NCBI GenBank assembly: GCA_963734545.1
Contig: CAVTHO010000004.1
Span: 32,001 to 96,000, forward strand
Length of the DNA: 64,000 bases
From: an uncultured Spirochaetota bacterium
GTDB taxonomy: Bacteria > Spirochaetota > Spirochaetia > SZUA-6 > Fen-1364
Direction of reading: 5' to 3'
Of this stretch, positions 8,915-19,813 are shown in pieces. The notes below the pieces were generated by a model. That model made no database searches and was not told the DNA's origin. It was given only the letters and a program-made list of their open reading frames with translations. A program made the translations under genes and the position numbers. Each line of letters begins with the position of its first letter. Within the stretch, counting starts at the first letter, position 1.

Positions 8915-10615
8915 GTGGTATCTGCCGCGCGCGCGCGCGGGGCCGCGCGCTCGTCCTCGCCGCGCTTCTCCTGGCAGCACCCGCGGCGTCAGTCGCGGCG
9001 CTCGGCTTCAACGATCCCGGGAGATCCGGCGGTTCTTGCCGCCCGGTTGGCGGGCGCGATGACGAACGAGGAGCTCCTCGGCCAGGTCTTCTTCCTTGGC
9101 TGGCAGGGTGTCGGCCCTTCGCCGGACATCCTGCGCTGGATCGGCAGCCGCGGGATCGGCGGGGTCAAGATCTTCCCCCGCAACGTCTCCGACCTTCCTT
9201 CCCTCGCGCATGATATCGCGGAAATGCAGGGCCTCGCGGCAAAGAACCGGTTCGCCATCCCCCTTTTCGTGGCCACCGACCAGGAGGGCGGGTGGGTGCG
9301 GCAGATCAAGGACGAGACCTCAGTCTCACCGGGCAATCTCGCGCTGGGGGCCTCCGGAGCGCCGGGAGACGCCTATCTCACCGGCTATTACCTCGGCAGG
9401 GAGCTGGCGGCGCTGGGCATCAACATGGACTTCGCGCCCACCGCTGACGTGTATTCGAACCCCGAGGCGAGCGTCATCGGTCCGCGCTCATTCGGCTCTG
9501 ATCCTTCCTCAACGGGCCTTTTCTCGGCCGCGTTCGCGAGCGGAATGAAGAGCGCGGGAGTCCTCTGCACGGCGAAGCACTTTCCGGGGCACGGCTCCGC
9601 GGATCAGGACTCCCACGGTCATCTCCCCAAGATCGAGGTGAGCCTCGATCAGCTTCTCCAGCGCGACCTGATCCCTTACCGCATCCTCATCCGCGAGGGG
9701 ATCCCGGCCGTGATGACGGGGCATCTCGCTTTTCCCCGGATCCTGGGCAGCCTCACCCCCGCGTCCCTGTCCCCTTTCTTCCTGCAGAGCCTTTTGAGAG
9801 ACAAGCTCGGGTTCCAGGGCCTCGTGATCACGGATGACATGGAGATGGAAGGCGTGCTTGCCGACGGCCTGGATACCCCCACCGCATGCCTCCGCGCACT
9901 GGAGGCGGGAAACGACATGGTGCTCGTTTCGCACACGCCGGCGACCCAGGAGCTCACGTGGAAGGCGCTTATCGCGGCCGCCCGGTCGCGCAGGGCATTC
10001 CATGCTTCCCTCGAGCAGTCCGTGACGCGCATCCTTGCCGCCAAGCTGCGCTACTTTCGTGGACGCGACGCGCCTCTGAATCCGAACCCGTCGTCGGTAA
10101 GGACGCAGGTGCCTGCTCCCGGCGCCCGGGACTTCTTCGTGCAGGTGTCCGCCAGGGCCGCCACGCTCATCGCCGGAAAGAGGATCCCCTACCGGCGGGC
10201 CGCAGGAGAAAGAATCCTCCTCTGCGGTCAATTCAACGAGTTCCTTGCCGAAGGCCTGCGCCGCTATCCGGGCGCGGACACCCTGCTTTTCCCCTTCAAC
10301 CCGTTTTACGGCGCCCGTCCCCAGGACAAGTCATCCGTGCGCACACGCGCCGCTGCATACGATACCGTGATTTTCTGTCTCGCCAACTACAACAGCCTGG
10401 ACGTGCTTCAGGAGCTCAAGGACATGGGCGGAAAGGTCATCGTCATCTCCGCCCTCAGCCCCGTCTACCTCACCGATGCGTCATGGGTGCAGACGGCAAT
10501 CGCGGTATACGGCGAGGGCCGCGATTCTTTCCGCGCGGGCTTCGGCGTGCTTGCGGGAGACTTCACGGCCACCGGCCGTCTCCCGGTGAGCTTCGGGGCA
10601 CAGGCCGTCAAATGA
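8915..10615 (+). CDS. GH3 beta-N-acetylhexosaminidase (NagZ-like); signal peptide probably shifted by an indel near 9020
   Basis: ATDQEGG, KHFPGHG..D.H and ITDDMEM motifs. The hydrophobic LVLAALLLAAPAASVAA stretch lies in an adjacent frame just upstream. Confidence 0.88.
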   Translation: MVSAARARGAARSSSPRFSWQHPRRQSRRSASTIPGDPAVLAARLAGAMTNEELLGQVFFLGWQGVGPSPDILRWIGSRGIGGVKIFPRNVSDLPSLAHDIAEMQGLAAKNRFAIPLFVATDQEGGWVRQIKDETSVSPGNLALGASGAPGDAYLTGYYLGRELAALGINMDFAPTADVYSNPEASVIGPRSFGSDPSSTGLFSAAFASGMKSAGVLCTAKHFPGHGSADQDSHGHLPKIEVSLDQLLQRDLIPYRILIREGIPAVMTGHLAFPRILGSLTPASLSPFFLQSLLRDKLGFQGLVITDDMEMEGVLADGLDTPTACLRALEAGNDMVLVSHTPATQELTWKALIAAARSRRAFHASLEQSVTRILAAKLRYFRGRDAPLNPNPSSVRTQVPAPGARDFFVQVSARAATLIAGKRIPYRRAAGERILLCGQFNEFLAEGLRRYPGADTLLFPFNPFYGARPQDKSSVRTRAAAYDTVIFCLANYNSLDVLQELKDMGGKVIVISALSPVYLTDASWVQTAIAVYGEGRDSFRAGFGVLAGDFTATGRLPVSFGAQAVK

Positions 10616-11446
10616 GCTGGCGGCCGGCGGGGCGGAAAGACCTGCCTGCGATCCTCGACTTCCTGCTTCGTGACGAGGCGCTCTGCGTCCCTTTCACCTC
10701 GCGCCTGCTGGAGGGCTCGCGCGGCTGCGACGTGTATTTCAACGCGGGTGCAGGGGGAGGCGTCTCCGCGTGCATCCTGTTCACCACGGCAGGGCTCCTG
10801 CTTCCTGTGCTGACGGGGGAGGACGCAGGCCATGACGGCCTGGCGGATGTGATCCGGGGCCTGAGCCCGGCCGTCCACTCCATCATGGGCGTCGGCAGGT
10901 GCGTCAGCGGGACCGAGGCGCTGCTTCCCCTTCCGCCCACCACCCGCATCGAGTATTTTCTGATGACCCTGCACCGCGCGTCCCTGCGTCCCCTCCTCCC
11001 TCGGAATCCCCGGAGGCGCCGTTGTCAGAAAAGCGGACGCATACGACGCGGAGGCCCTCTTCCCCCTGCAGAAGGAGTACGAGCTGGAGGAGGTGGTCAT
11101 TGATCCCGCGCATTTCAGCGACGCCCAATGTATGAAGATGCTGAAGCATTCACTGAGGGACGAGCTGGTGTATATCGCGGAGATGGACGGCGTGCCCGTG
11201 GCAAAGGCGGCGACGAACGCACGGGGATTCGGCGTGGACCAGATCGGCGGCGTCTACACGGTTCCCGAGAAACGAAGCAAGGGCCTGGGGGCCCTGGTGG
11301 TGGCCGAGCTTCTGAGGGCGGTGTTCGCCGACAAGGCGGCGGCCTGCCTGTTCGTGAAAAAGCGGAACCGCCCGGCACTCGCGCTCTACGATCGGCTCGG
11401 GTTCGCGCCGGTGACCGACTATGTCATCAGCTACTATGGGATGTAG
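10612..11446 (+). CDS. GNAT family acetyltransferase (apparent frameshift ~11000)
   Basis: C-terminal IGGVYTVPEKRSKGLG...NRPALALYDRLGF; ATGA-coupled to the GH3 gene. Confidence 0.8.
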
Positions 11447-11508
11447 CGGGAAGGGCCCGGTGCCGCGCCGGGCGTGCGCTGACCGCCGGGGCGCCCGCTG
11501 CCGGCCCG

Positions 11509-12426
11509 TCAGCCCTTGATGGCGCCTGCCGCCACTCCCTTGGTGATCTGCTTCCTGAATATCAGGTAGAAGATCAGAAGGGGCAGCATACCGATTGCCA
11601 GGGCGGCAAACTGCTTTCCGTAGTCCGCCATCATCGTTCCCGAGAACCTGAGGATGCCCAGGGGCAGCGACTGCAAGGTCGTCTTCGACACGAGGATATT
11701 GATCAGGGCAAACTCGTTCCACAGGCCCGTGATGTTCAGGATGGCCACTGTCGTCGCGATGGGGACGGACATGGGCAGAATGATTCCTCTGAAGATCGCG
11801 AAGTAGCCCGCGCCGTCTATCCGTGCCGCCTCCACAAGCGCATCGGGAATGCTCTTGATGTACTCCGTTGCGAGATAGATGGCCACGGGAAGTCCCGAGC
11901 CGATGTAGACCAGCAGCACTCCCACCCGGTTGTTGTAGAAGAGATGGAAATCGGAGGCCTTCATGAGATGAAGGAACTGGAAGAGGTCTCCCAGGAGCCT
12001 GTCCAGCTGCGAGACCTCGATGAACAGCGGGACCATCAGCGACTGGATGGAGAGGAGAATGCCGATGACGAAGCTGCCGTAGATCGGGGCTGTCGCCCTC
12101 GACCTGATCTTCGCAAAGGCGAACGCGGCCAGGAGGGAGAACAGGATGATTCCCAGGGACGCTCCGAGCGTGTAGATCACCGAGTTCCCGATGAGCTTGT
12201 CGAACTCGCCGATCCTCCACGCGCCGGGATAGTTGACCCAGGCCCATTCGTGGGGAAGGGCGAGCTTGTTGAGTCTGTATTCCGCGTTCGACTTGAACGA
12301 GTTGACAAGGAGCCAGACGATGGGGGAAACCGTCATGAGGGCGAAGAGGCCCATGACCAGGTAGGCGCACACCTTCCCGAACACTCCCGCGATCCTGCCG
12401 AATACCGTGCTCATGGCGTTTCTCAT
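11509..12426 (-). CDS. Carbohydrate ABC transporter permease (MalG type)
   Basis: EAA loop (LVEAARIDGAG), multiple TM helices, GAIKG C-terminus. Confidence 0.92.
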   Translation of the reverse strand: MRNAMSTVFGRIAGVFGKVCAYLVMGLFALMTVSPIVWLLVNSFKSNAEYRLNKLALPHEWAWVNYPGAWRIGEFDKLIGNSVIYTLGASLGIILFSLLAAFAFAKIRSRATAPIYGSFVIGILLSIQSLMVPLFIEVSQLDRLLGDLFQFLHLMKASDFHLFYNNRVGVLLVYIGSGLPVAIYLATEYIKSIPDALVEAARIDGAGYFAIFRGIILPMSVPIATTVAILNITGLWNEFALINILVSKTTLQSLPLGILRFSGTMMADYGKQFAALAIGMLPLLIFYLIFRKQITKGVAAGAIKG

Positions 12427-12429
12427 GAC

Positions 12430-13552
12430 CTACTCCCTTCCCCCGTAGCGCTTCTCCACGAGCTTGGTTAAGCCGATGAGGATGAAGCTGAAAACGACGA
12501 TCGAAAGGGCGATGGCATTTGCCAGGGGATAGTTCGGGTGGCCGTGGAACGCGTTCGTGTACATGTAGATGGAGAGGACCTCCGTGACGCGCGCCGGGCC
12601 CCCGCCGGTCATGGCCCAGATCAGCGCAAAGCTGTTCAAGGAACCGGAGATGCAGAGGATCGCGGCATTGACGATCACCCCGGAGAGGCTGGGGAGCACG
12701 ATGCGGCCCATCACCTGGCCTTCCGTTGCCCCGTCGATGCGGGCCGCCTCGACGATGGCCACGTCGATCTTCTGCATGTTGGCCAGGAACAGGATCAGGT
12801 ACAGCCCCGTCCAGCACCACAGCGTCACGAACATGATGGGAATCATGGCCACGTCCGTCTTGCTGAGAAACTCCGGCGACCACTTGTGGGAGAGCAGGTT
12901 CACCATGTCGCTCCTGAACACCTCGAGCTGGTCGGGCGTGTAGGCGACGATGATGTCCTTGAGCTCGGTGAAAGGATCACTGAATATCTGCAGCGCGACA
13001 GGATCGCTTATGCCGACGATCCTGTGCACGAACGGGTCCGTGACATTGAGGCCTCCGGCCGCCTGCAGGATCTGGTCGAGCCTGTGGCCGAAGGTATTGG
13101 CATACCACTTGTTCATGACGTCTGCGATCGAGACCGGAAGGGGCGAATATCATGTTCCACATGATGCCCAGGACGATGACGGAGATGATGGCCGGCATGT
13201 ACAGCACGCCCTGCCAGAAATCACCGAATCTCACGATCCGGCGATAGATCAGGTATGCGAACACGAACCCGAGGGGGAGCTGCCCGAACACGGAAATGAG
13301 GACGATGTACACGTTGTTTTTCAGCGCAAGCCAGAATTGGGGGTCGGTCACCAGCTTCCCGTACTGCTGAAAACCGGTGATCCTCCAGCGCTCACCGCCG
13401 AACATCTTCCCGCCGTTGAAGTTGCTGAGGGAGAGGATGATGGAGATGGCGATGGGAAAAGCCATTACGAAAAGATAGAGAAGGAAAGCAGGCAGCACCA
13501 TTGCCCAGTAGGCCCGTCTCTCGTCACGTCTGTAATCAACCGTCCGCGCCAT
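12430..13552 (-). CDS. Carbohydrate ABC transporter permease (MalF type), apparent frameshift ~13130
   Basis: N-half in ORF 12977-13579; C-half with EAARIDGA and MTGGGP in ORF 12430-13116. Confidence 0.85.
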
Positions 13553-13579
13553 CCTGAGCCTCCGCGCCGATAGTATCAT

Positions 13580-13613
13580 AAAAAGGGTGTCCGGGCGGCT
13601 GGCCCGGACACCC
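13580..13613 (-). terminator. Intrinsic terminator/stabilising hairpin between binding protein and permease genes
   Basis: GGGTGTCCGGGC/GCCCGGACACCC stem followed by T5 on the minus strand. Confidence 0.75.
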
Positions 13614-13666
13614 GTGCTTCTCGCTCACGAGGCATCATGGAGCGAGAGTGAGAAAGCAAGGAAGGT

Positions 13667-14977
13667 CTACATCTTGGACTTCAGCCAAGCATCCATTGCC
13701 TTCTGCATCTCGGCCGCAACCTGGGCCGGGGTCTTTGCCCCGAGGCCGATGGACTGCAGGCCGGCGTTGAGCACGTTGAACACGCTCGGGTCCAGGACGC
13801 CGTCCAGCACGTAGCAGGTCTTGGCGATCGAAGAATAGTACTGGGGCATCATGGTTGTGAAGGGCTCGAGCTTCTCGCTGGTGACACCCTTGCGCGTCGG
13901 GATGAAGGCGCCCGTCTCCAGCTTCATCTGTGAGAACTCGGGGCCGTAGTACCACTTCAGCAGGCGCACTGCCGCTTTTTCCTTGTCGGAGCCGGCGGGA
14001 ATCGCCGCGGAGATGCCGAGGCCGACGCCCGCGATTGCGGACACGACGCCCGGATTCTTCTCTCCCGGTATAGCGGGGAAGTTGAGGAACGCGAAATCCG
14101 TGGCCTGTGCTTCCGGCGCGATCAAAGCCTTGCCCGAGGCCTTGTCCGTCAGGTAGGCTCCCTGGCGCCAGTCGCCGTCGATGATGAAGGCGGCCTTGCC
14201 CGCAGCGAACAGACCGGGGCCGTCACCGTAGGGCTGCTGGATGTTGCTCCAGTTGATGACACCGTCGGTGAACATGGTTTTGACGAATGTCAGGGCAGCG
14301 ACAAAGGCGGGATCCGTGAATCTGGCCTTGCCCGCATTGACCCTGTCGATCCAGGCGTCGCCGAGCATGCGCCCGGCCACCGTGGAGAAGAGGCACGACT
14401 GGGCGGGCCACTGGTCGCCATCCGGCAGAAGGATGGTCTGCACGCCCTTGACCCTCAGCTTGGGAACCATGGCCTTCAGCGCCGCGTAGGTCTTGGGCAG
14501 CGGGATCTTGAGATCCGACAGGAGCTTCTTGTTCGTGTACATGACCGTGGTGTAGGTGAAGCTCTGGGGGAGCTCCGCCAGCATCTTGGAGGACTGTGCA
14601 TTCACGTTGAGAGCCGGCGCGACGAAGTTGGACAGGAAGTCCTTGCCCAGGAGGGGCGCAAGGTCCTTGACGAGCTTCTGCGAGTGCAGAAGCGCGGAGC
14701 TGTCACGCGTGGTCGGCCACATGTACATGACATCCGGAAGCTGCCCTGCCGCGATGTAGGCAGACAGTTTCTGATGGTACGCCTGGCTGAACAGGATCTC
14801 CATCTGCAGGTCGACGTCCGGGTTGTCATCCCTGAACTTCTGCCAGTACTGCTGGTCCTCTTCATATCCCGCCTGCGTGGCGTCGATATAGTAGAGGAAA
14901 TTGAGCGTCGTCTGCTGAGCGATGAGGCTCATGGGTACGATCAGCAGAATGAGCGCGAAGAACAGGAACTTCTTCAT
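13667..14977 (-). CDS. Carbohydrate ABC transporter substrate-binding protein
   Basis: Signal peptide MKKFLFFALIL; AAGQLPDV and FAAGKAAFIIDGDW motifs; GGAGG SD. Confidence 0.92.
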   Translation of the reverse strand: MKKFLFFALILLIVPMSLIAQQTTLNFLYYIDATQAGYEEDQQYWQKFRDDNPDVDLQMEILFSQAYHQKLSAYIAAGQLPDVMYMWPTTRDSSALLHSQKLVKDLAPLLGKDFLSNFVAPALNVNAQSSKMLAELPQSFTYTTVMYTNKKLLSDLKIPLPKTYAALKAMVPKLRVKGVQTILLPDGDQWPAQSCLFSTVAGRMLGDAWIDRVNAGKARFTDPAFVAALTFVKTMFTDGVINWSNIQQPYGDGPGLFAAGKAAFIIDGDWRQGAYLTDKASGKALIAPEAQATDFAFLNFPAIPGEKNPGVVSAIAGVGLGISAAIPAGSDKEKAAVRLLKWYYGPEFSQMKLETGAFIPTRKGVTSEKLEPFTTMMPQYYSSIAKTCYVLDGVLDPSVFNVLNAGLQSIGLGAKTPAQVAAEMQKAMDAWLKSKM

Positions 14978-15009
14978 AGCGCAAACCTCCCCAAAAGATT
15001 CTTTCCCCC

Positions 15010-16035
15010 TCAACGAGGGGTTTTCTCTTCCCTGACAGGCGCGGCGCACGAGCCGCGCTCGACGAGCCGGGGCGGTATGATGACGGACCTCCGCTCCGGC
15101 TCCCTGCCCGCCATCAGCTCGAAGAGCATCTGCACGGCGGCCGCGCCGATCTCATCTATCGGCTGCGCCACCGCGGTGATGCCCGGCGAAAGGTGGGCGA
15201 AAAACGGGTGATCGTCGAAAGACACGATGGAAATGTCGCCCGGCACGCTCCTCCCCATCTGCGCGCACGCGTTGAGCGTGCCGACGACAAGGTCCCCGGC
15301 CGCGACGAAGATGGCGGTGACCGAAGGGTGCGAAAGCAGCACCTGCTGCGCGCAGCGCATCGCGTCCGATGTATCGTAGGGACAGTGCACGACGACGGGG
15401 TCCGGGAGCCCCCGTTCCCGAAATACCTCGCGGATGCCGTGTACCCTGTCGTGCACGTAGGGCAGCGAGTCCGGACCTGCCAGCACGGCCACCCGGCTGT
15501 GGCCCTGGCCGGCAAAAAGCTCGCCCGCCATCCGCGCGCCCAGCGCGTTGTCCACGTCGACGTAGTACGACGAGCTGTGGGGGCTCTTGCCGACCATGAC
15601 GAACGGCAGGTTCTTCACGAGCAGCTCCGCGAGCTGCTTCTGTCCGAACTGCTCCGCCCCGATCACCGCGCCGTCGATCCGTCGGCCCCTGAGGATGCTG
15701 CGGAATGCCGAGTCGACATCGTCCTCCGAGCTCGCCGTGGAAAGGAGCACATTGATGCCGTGCGCGGCCGCCTCCTGCGTGATCACGGTGAGGAACGCGG
15801 GCCAGAAGGTGCTCGTCAGCGTGTACTTTCCGGTATGAGGGATGACAAAACCCATGGTGTTGGTGCGCCTGGCCGCAAGACCTCTGGCAGAGGCGTCCGG
15901 GTGGAAATCAAGGGATTCGATGAGCTTCGAGACCCGGCGTCGGGTTTCTTCGCCGACCCCTGTCACGCCGTTTATGACCCGGGAAACGGTGCCTTTCGAA
16001 ACATGGGCCATTTCGGCGATGTCTTTTATCGTCAT
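15010..16035 (-). CDS. LacI family transcriptional regulator
   Basis: MTIKDIAEMAHVSKGTVSRVING HTH; VPGDISIVSFDD. Confidence 0.95.
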   Translation of the reverse strand: MTIKDIAEMAHVSKGTVSRVINGVTGVGEETRRRVSKLIESLDFHPDASARGLAARRTNTMGFVIPHTGKYTLTSTFWPAFLTVITQEAAAHGINVLLSTASSEDDVDSAFRSILRGRRIDGAVIGAEQFGQKQLAELLVKNLPFVMVGKSPHSSSYYVDVDNALGARMAGELFAGQGHSRVAVLAGPDSLPYVHDRVHGIREVFRERGLPDPVVVHCPYDTSDAMRCAQQVLLSHPSVTAIFVAAGDLVVGTLNACAQMGRSVPGDISIVSFDDHPFFAHLSPGITAVAQPIDEIGAAAVQMLFELMAGREPERRSVIIPPRLVERGSCAAPVREEKTPR

Positions 16036-16331
16036 CTGTCCTTACAAGGCTCCCCGACAATAACGGTTTCGTTCTTTGCCAGAAGAAACAGAAATATCAG
16101 CCGAATCGGCAGTACCATGCAGAGTGGCCGCAACCGTTCTCGCGTTGTAGCACGCGGCATTTGCGTTGTCAACAGAATTCTTTCTCAACATTTTAATCCT
16201 TGTATATGAAAGAGTTACATGATTGGTGATATGAACGCGCTTCGAGGAAATCAGTAGAACCGAGCATCAATCGGCAATTGCACTATACCGGTATCTCAGA
16301 TAGCATATATTTCCGAGTGAAGGAGGAGAAA

Positions 16332-18743
16332 ATGCGCTGCGGTCGATTCGAGGATTCCGCGAGAGAGTACGTGATAACCGATCCGTGCACGCCGACAAAA
16401 TGGATCAACTATGTCGGGACCCTTGCGTTCGGCGGGTTTGTCGACCATACCGGCGGCGCCCTGCTCTGCAAGGGAGACCCGGCAACCAACCGCATCACGC
16501 GTTACATCTCCCTGCAGCCCGCCGGCGAGTTCAGAGCCACGACCCTCTTCCTGCGCATGCGGGAGCCGGGCGGCTGGAAGACTGTTTCGCCGTTCTTTGT
16601 TCCCGGGCTGGCCCGCCTGGATTCCTTCGAATGCCACGTGGGGCTTGGATATTCGCGGATTGTCTCCGCGCTCGACGGAATTCGCACCGACGCCACTTTT
16701 TTCGTGCCCCTGGAAGACTTCCGCCTGATACTGGACGTGCGGATTTCGAATATCGGCAGGAAAAGCCGCGAGGTGGATGCGGTCCCGGTCGTGGAGTACT
16801 CGCACTTCGACGCCCTCAAGCAGCTCACGAATGCGGACTGGGTGCCGCAGACAATGCAGAGCAGGTCACGCCTCTCCGAGGATGGACGCAGGGTGCTCTT
16901 CCAGTACGCATTCATGATGCGCGACACGCAGGTGAACTTCCTCGCATCCAACCTGGCCTCGTCCTCCTTTGAAACAGACCGCAGGCATTTTCTCGGCCGC
17001 AATGAGTACGGGACCTGGGCCCGCCCGGCCAGCCTGGAAGAGCAGGAGCTCGGCTGCCACGAGGCGCTGCGCGGCGACAATATCGGCGCGCTCCTGCATC
17101 ACCTGGGCGCGCTCTCGCCGGGCGAGGAGCGCCGTCTCATCGTCCAGCTCGGCCAGGCCGCGAGCATCGAATCGGCCATGCCGGGCATAGGCTCATTCCA
17201 GGATGGCCGCGCGGTGGACCAGGCATTCGCGCGCCTCTCGGAATCCTGGCAGGCACGGCTTTCCTGCCTGCAGGTGGAAACTCCCGACACGGCGACCAAC
17301 AGGATGCTGAACATCCACAACCCCCGGCAGTGTCACACGACGTTTCAGTGGTCACGCTACCTTTCCCTCTATCAAACCGGCTATGGCGCCCGGGGAATCG
17401 GGTTCCGCGACTCCTCGCAGGACGTGATGGGAGTCCTGGCGAGCGTGCCGAAGGAGGCGAAGTCCCTCCTCTGCACCCTGCTCAGCGTCCAGAAGCGCGA
17501 AGGATTTGCCATGCACCAGCTCAATCCTGCCACCCGGGAAGGCAGCATGGGTGACGCCATGGAGCGCGAGGACCGCCCGCACTACTACAGCGACGACCAT
17601 CTGTGGAGCATTCTGGCCGTGGCGGAGCTTCTGAAGGAAACGGGTGATCGCTCGTTCCTGGAAGAAGTCATTCCCTTCTACGACAAGGACAAGAAGGGCG
17701 CGCCCGTGGAAACCGCGACCGTCCTGGATCACATGCGCCGGGGCATCGAGTTCACCCGGTCGAACGTGGGGAAGCACGGCATCCCGCTCCTCGGGTTCGC
17801 GGACTGGAACGACACGATCAATCTTCCCACAGGCGCGGAATCCATGTTCACGGCGAACCTGTACGGCAGGGCGCTCCAGGAGCTGGCCGCCATGGCACGC
17901 TGGAGCGGGGAGCCCGCGGAGGCCGAAAGGTACGACGCCTGGCACGCGGAAATGAAACAGCGGTTCCTCCAGCACGCGTGGGACGGGCAGTGGTGGATCA
18001 GGTACATCGACTGGGACGGGACGCCGCTGGGCTCCCATGTGAACGAGAAAGGCCAGATCTACATCAACGGGCAATCCTGGCCCGTGCTCTCAGGGTTTGC
18101 CACCGGGGACCGGGCCCGCGCGTCCCTGGAATCACTGCGCAGGCTGCTCAACACGAGAAACGGGATCAAGATATCGACTCCCAGCTTCAATGGGTTCGAC
18201 CCGCACAAGGGAGGGATCAGCACCTATCCCCCCGGCGCCAAGGAGAACTCGGGCATCTTCCTCCACACCAATCCCTGGGTGATCATCGCCGAGACAATGC
18301 TGGGCAACGGGGACCGCGCATACGAATACTACCGGCAGATCGATCCCAGCGAAAAAAACGACACGATCGAGCAGTTCGAGTGCGAGCCCTACGTCTATCC
18401 CCAGAACATCCTCGGGGACGAGCATCCGATGTTCGGCCTCGCGCGGAACTCCTGGCTCTCCGGAACCGCGTCCTGGGTCTATCAGGCAGCCACCCGGCAC
18501 ATCCTTGGCCTGCTGCCCACGTACGGCGGGCTGCAGGTGAGCCCCTGCATACCGTCGGCCTGGGACGGCTTCAGCGCGGTACGGCACTACAGGGGCGCCG
18601 CATACCAGGTCGCGGTGAGGAACCCTTCTCATGTCTGTCACGGTGTTGCGTCGATGTCGGTGGACGGGCGCAAGGTCGACGGGAACCTGCTCCCCGTGTT
18701 CGAGGACGGGAGAACGCATACCGTCGAGGCAACCCTGGGCTAA
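16332..18743 (+). CDS. GH94 glycoside phosphorylase (cellobiose/chitobiose phosphorylase family)
   Basis: GIGFRDSSQD, YSDDHLW, ADWNDT, PPGAKENSGIF and NSWLSGTASW motifs; AGGAGG SD. Confidence 0.92.
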   Translation: MRCGRFEDSAREYVITDPCTPTKWINYVGTLAFGGFVDHTGGALLCKGDPATNRITRYISLQPAGEFRATTLFLRMREPGGWKTVSPFFVPGLARLDSFECHVGLGYSRIVSALDGIRTDATFFVPLEDFRLILDVRISNIGRKSREVDAVPVVEYSHFDALKQLTNADWVPQTMQSRSRLSEDGRRVLFQYAFMMRDTQVNFLASNLASSSFETDRRHFLGRNEYGTWARPASLEEQELGCHEALRGDNIGALLHHLGALSPGEERRLIVQLGQAASIESAMPGIGSFQDGRAVDQAFARLSESWQARLSCLQVETPDTATNRMLNIHNPRQCHTTFQWSRYLSLYQTGYGARGIGFRDSSQDVMGVLASVPKEAKSLLCTLLSVQKREGFAMHQLNPATREGSMGDAMEREDRPHYYSDDHLWSILAVAELLKETGDRSFLEEVIPFYDKDKKGAPVETATVLDHMRRGIEFTRSNVGKHGIPLLGFADWNDTINLPTGAESMFTANLYGRALQELAAMARWSGEPAEAERYDAWHAEMKQRFLQHAWDGQWWIRYIDWDGTPLGSHVNEKGQIYINGQSWPVLSGFATGDRARASLESLRRLLNTRNGIKISTPSFNGFDPHKGGISTYPPGAKENSGIFLHTNPWVIIAETMLGNGDRAYEYYRQIDPSEKNDTIEQFECEPYVYPQNILGDEHPMFGLARNSWLSGTASWVYQAATRHILGLLPTYGGLQVSPCIPSAWDGFSAVRHYRGAAYQVAVRNPSHVCHGVASMSVDGRKVDGNLLPVFEDGRTHTVEATLG

Positions 18744-19807
18744 GAAGACCGCGCCACCCCGCCCGCCGCGCCCAGCTTCCTCAGCAGCCGCTCTTTCCTC
18801 TTCTCGATCTCCTGCCGGGTGCGCGCATCCAGAGGGAGGTTCCAGGAGAGGAGCATCTCCACCATTTCGAGGGCCCGATCCGGCCTCCTGACCCGGTGCT
18901 CGAGGTGCTTGGCGAGCTCCACGGCAGCGAAAATGCTGCGGGAGCCCGAGGTCATGGATTCCCACACGGCCACCGCTTTTTCCCAGTCGCGGCATCTCCT
19001 GTGGTGGAGGCTGAGCACGACACCGGCCTCCGCGTTTCCTCGGTCGAATGCGTCCGCCAGCACGCGGGCACCGAGGGCAGGTGACCGGCCGAGCAGCCAG
19101 CGGCCCAGGGCCCTTTCGTCCACCTGTGCGGCTGAAACATCACCGTCAAGGAACCTGCCGATGAGCGCGTACATCCGGGCAAGGGAGGTGATGTCCATGA
19201 CATTGTGGTCGAATACCACCGGCAGCGTTCCCCGCCTTCCCGTGCGCAGGTACTCCAGCCAGATCAAGGGAATGTCCTCGCCCGCCACATCGAGCCCCCT
19301 GATGAAGCCGAGGATGCGCGATTCGATGGTCTTCAGGCTGCAGTCACCCGTTACGGTCTTCCAGAGCCTTCGCGCGTGGTGGAGCAGGTCCACCTGGGGG
19401 CCCGGCTCCCAGTCGATGCGGTTCATCAGGAATCGGGTCTGCAGGAGGTGGCTGTCAAAGGTCTTTCCATTGTAAGAGACGAACGCCCGGTAGGGCTTGA
19501 GCAGGCCGGCAACCGCGGCCAGGAAATCCGGCTCGCCGGGAAAGTCCGAGAGAAAGAGCTGCTCCACCACGAGGTCCCTGCCCTCGCACCGGGCGGCGCC
19601 GAACAGAAAGATGACGCTTCCGGCGCCGCCGGAAAGGCCGGTTGTTTCCGTGTCGTAGAACACCAGCTCGTCGCCGGAGACGGCTTCAGGGGAGAAAGGC
19701 GCAGGCCACGCCTCCACGCCAAGGCCGGAAAAATCGAGACGCCGCCTGTAAAGAAACTCCCCCGCCCTTTCCCAGCCGGGAAACGGGGAATCCTGCATGC
19801 CGCCCAT
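18740..19807 (-). CDS. YprB/MrfB-like RNase H-fold exonuclease with TPR-like tail
   Basis: FYDTETTGLSGGAG, SYNGKTFD, DLLHHARRLW and HNVMDI motifs; directly downstream of the DUF1998 helicase. Confidence 0.85.
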   Translation of the reverse strand: MGGMQDSPFPGWERAGEFLYRRRLDFSGLGVEAWPAPFSPEAVSGDELVFYDTETTGLSGGAGSVIFLFGAARCEGRDLVVEQLFLSDFPGEPDFLAAVAGLLKPYRAFVSYNGKTFDSHLLQTRFLMNRIDWEPGPQVDLLHHARRLWKTVTGDCSLKTIESRILGFIRGLDVAGEDIPLIWLEYLRTGRRGTLPVVFDHNVMDITSLARMYALIGRFLDGDVSAAQVDERALGRWLLGRSPALGARVLADAFDRGNAEAGVVLSLHHRRCRDWEKAVAVWESMTSGSRSIFAAVELAKHLEHRVRRPDRALEMVEMLLSWNLPLDARTRQEIEKRKERLLRKLGAAGGVARSS

Positions 19808-19813
19808 TCGTCG

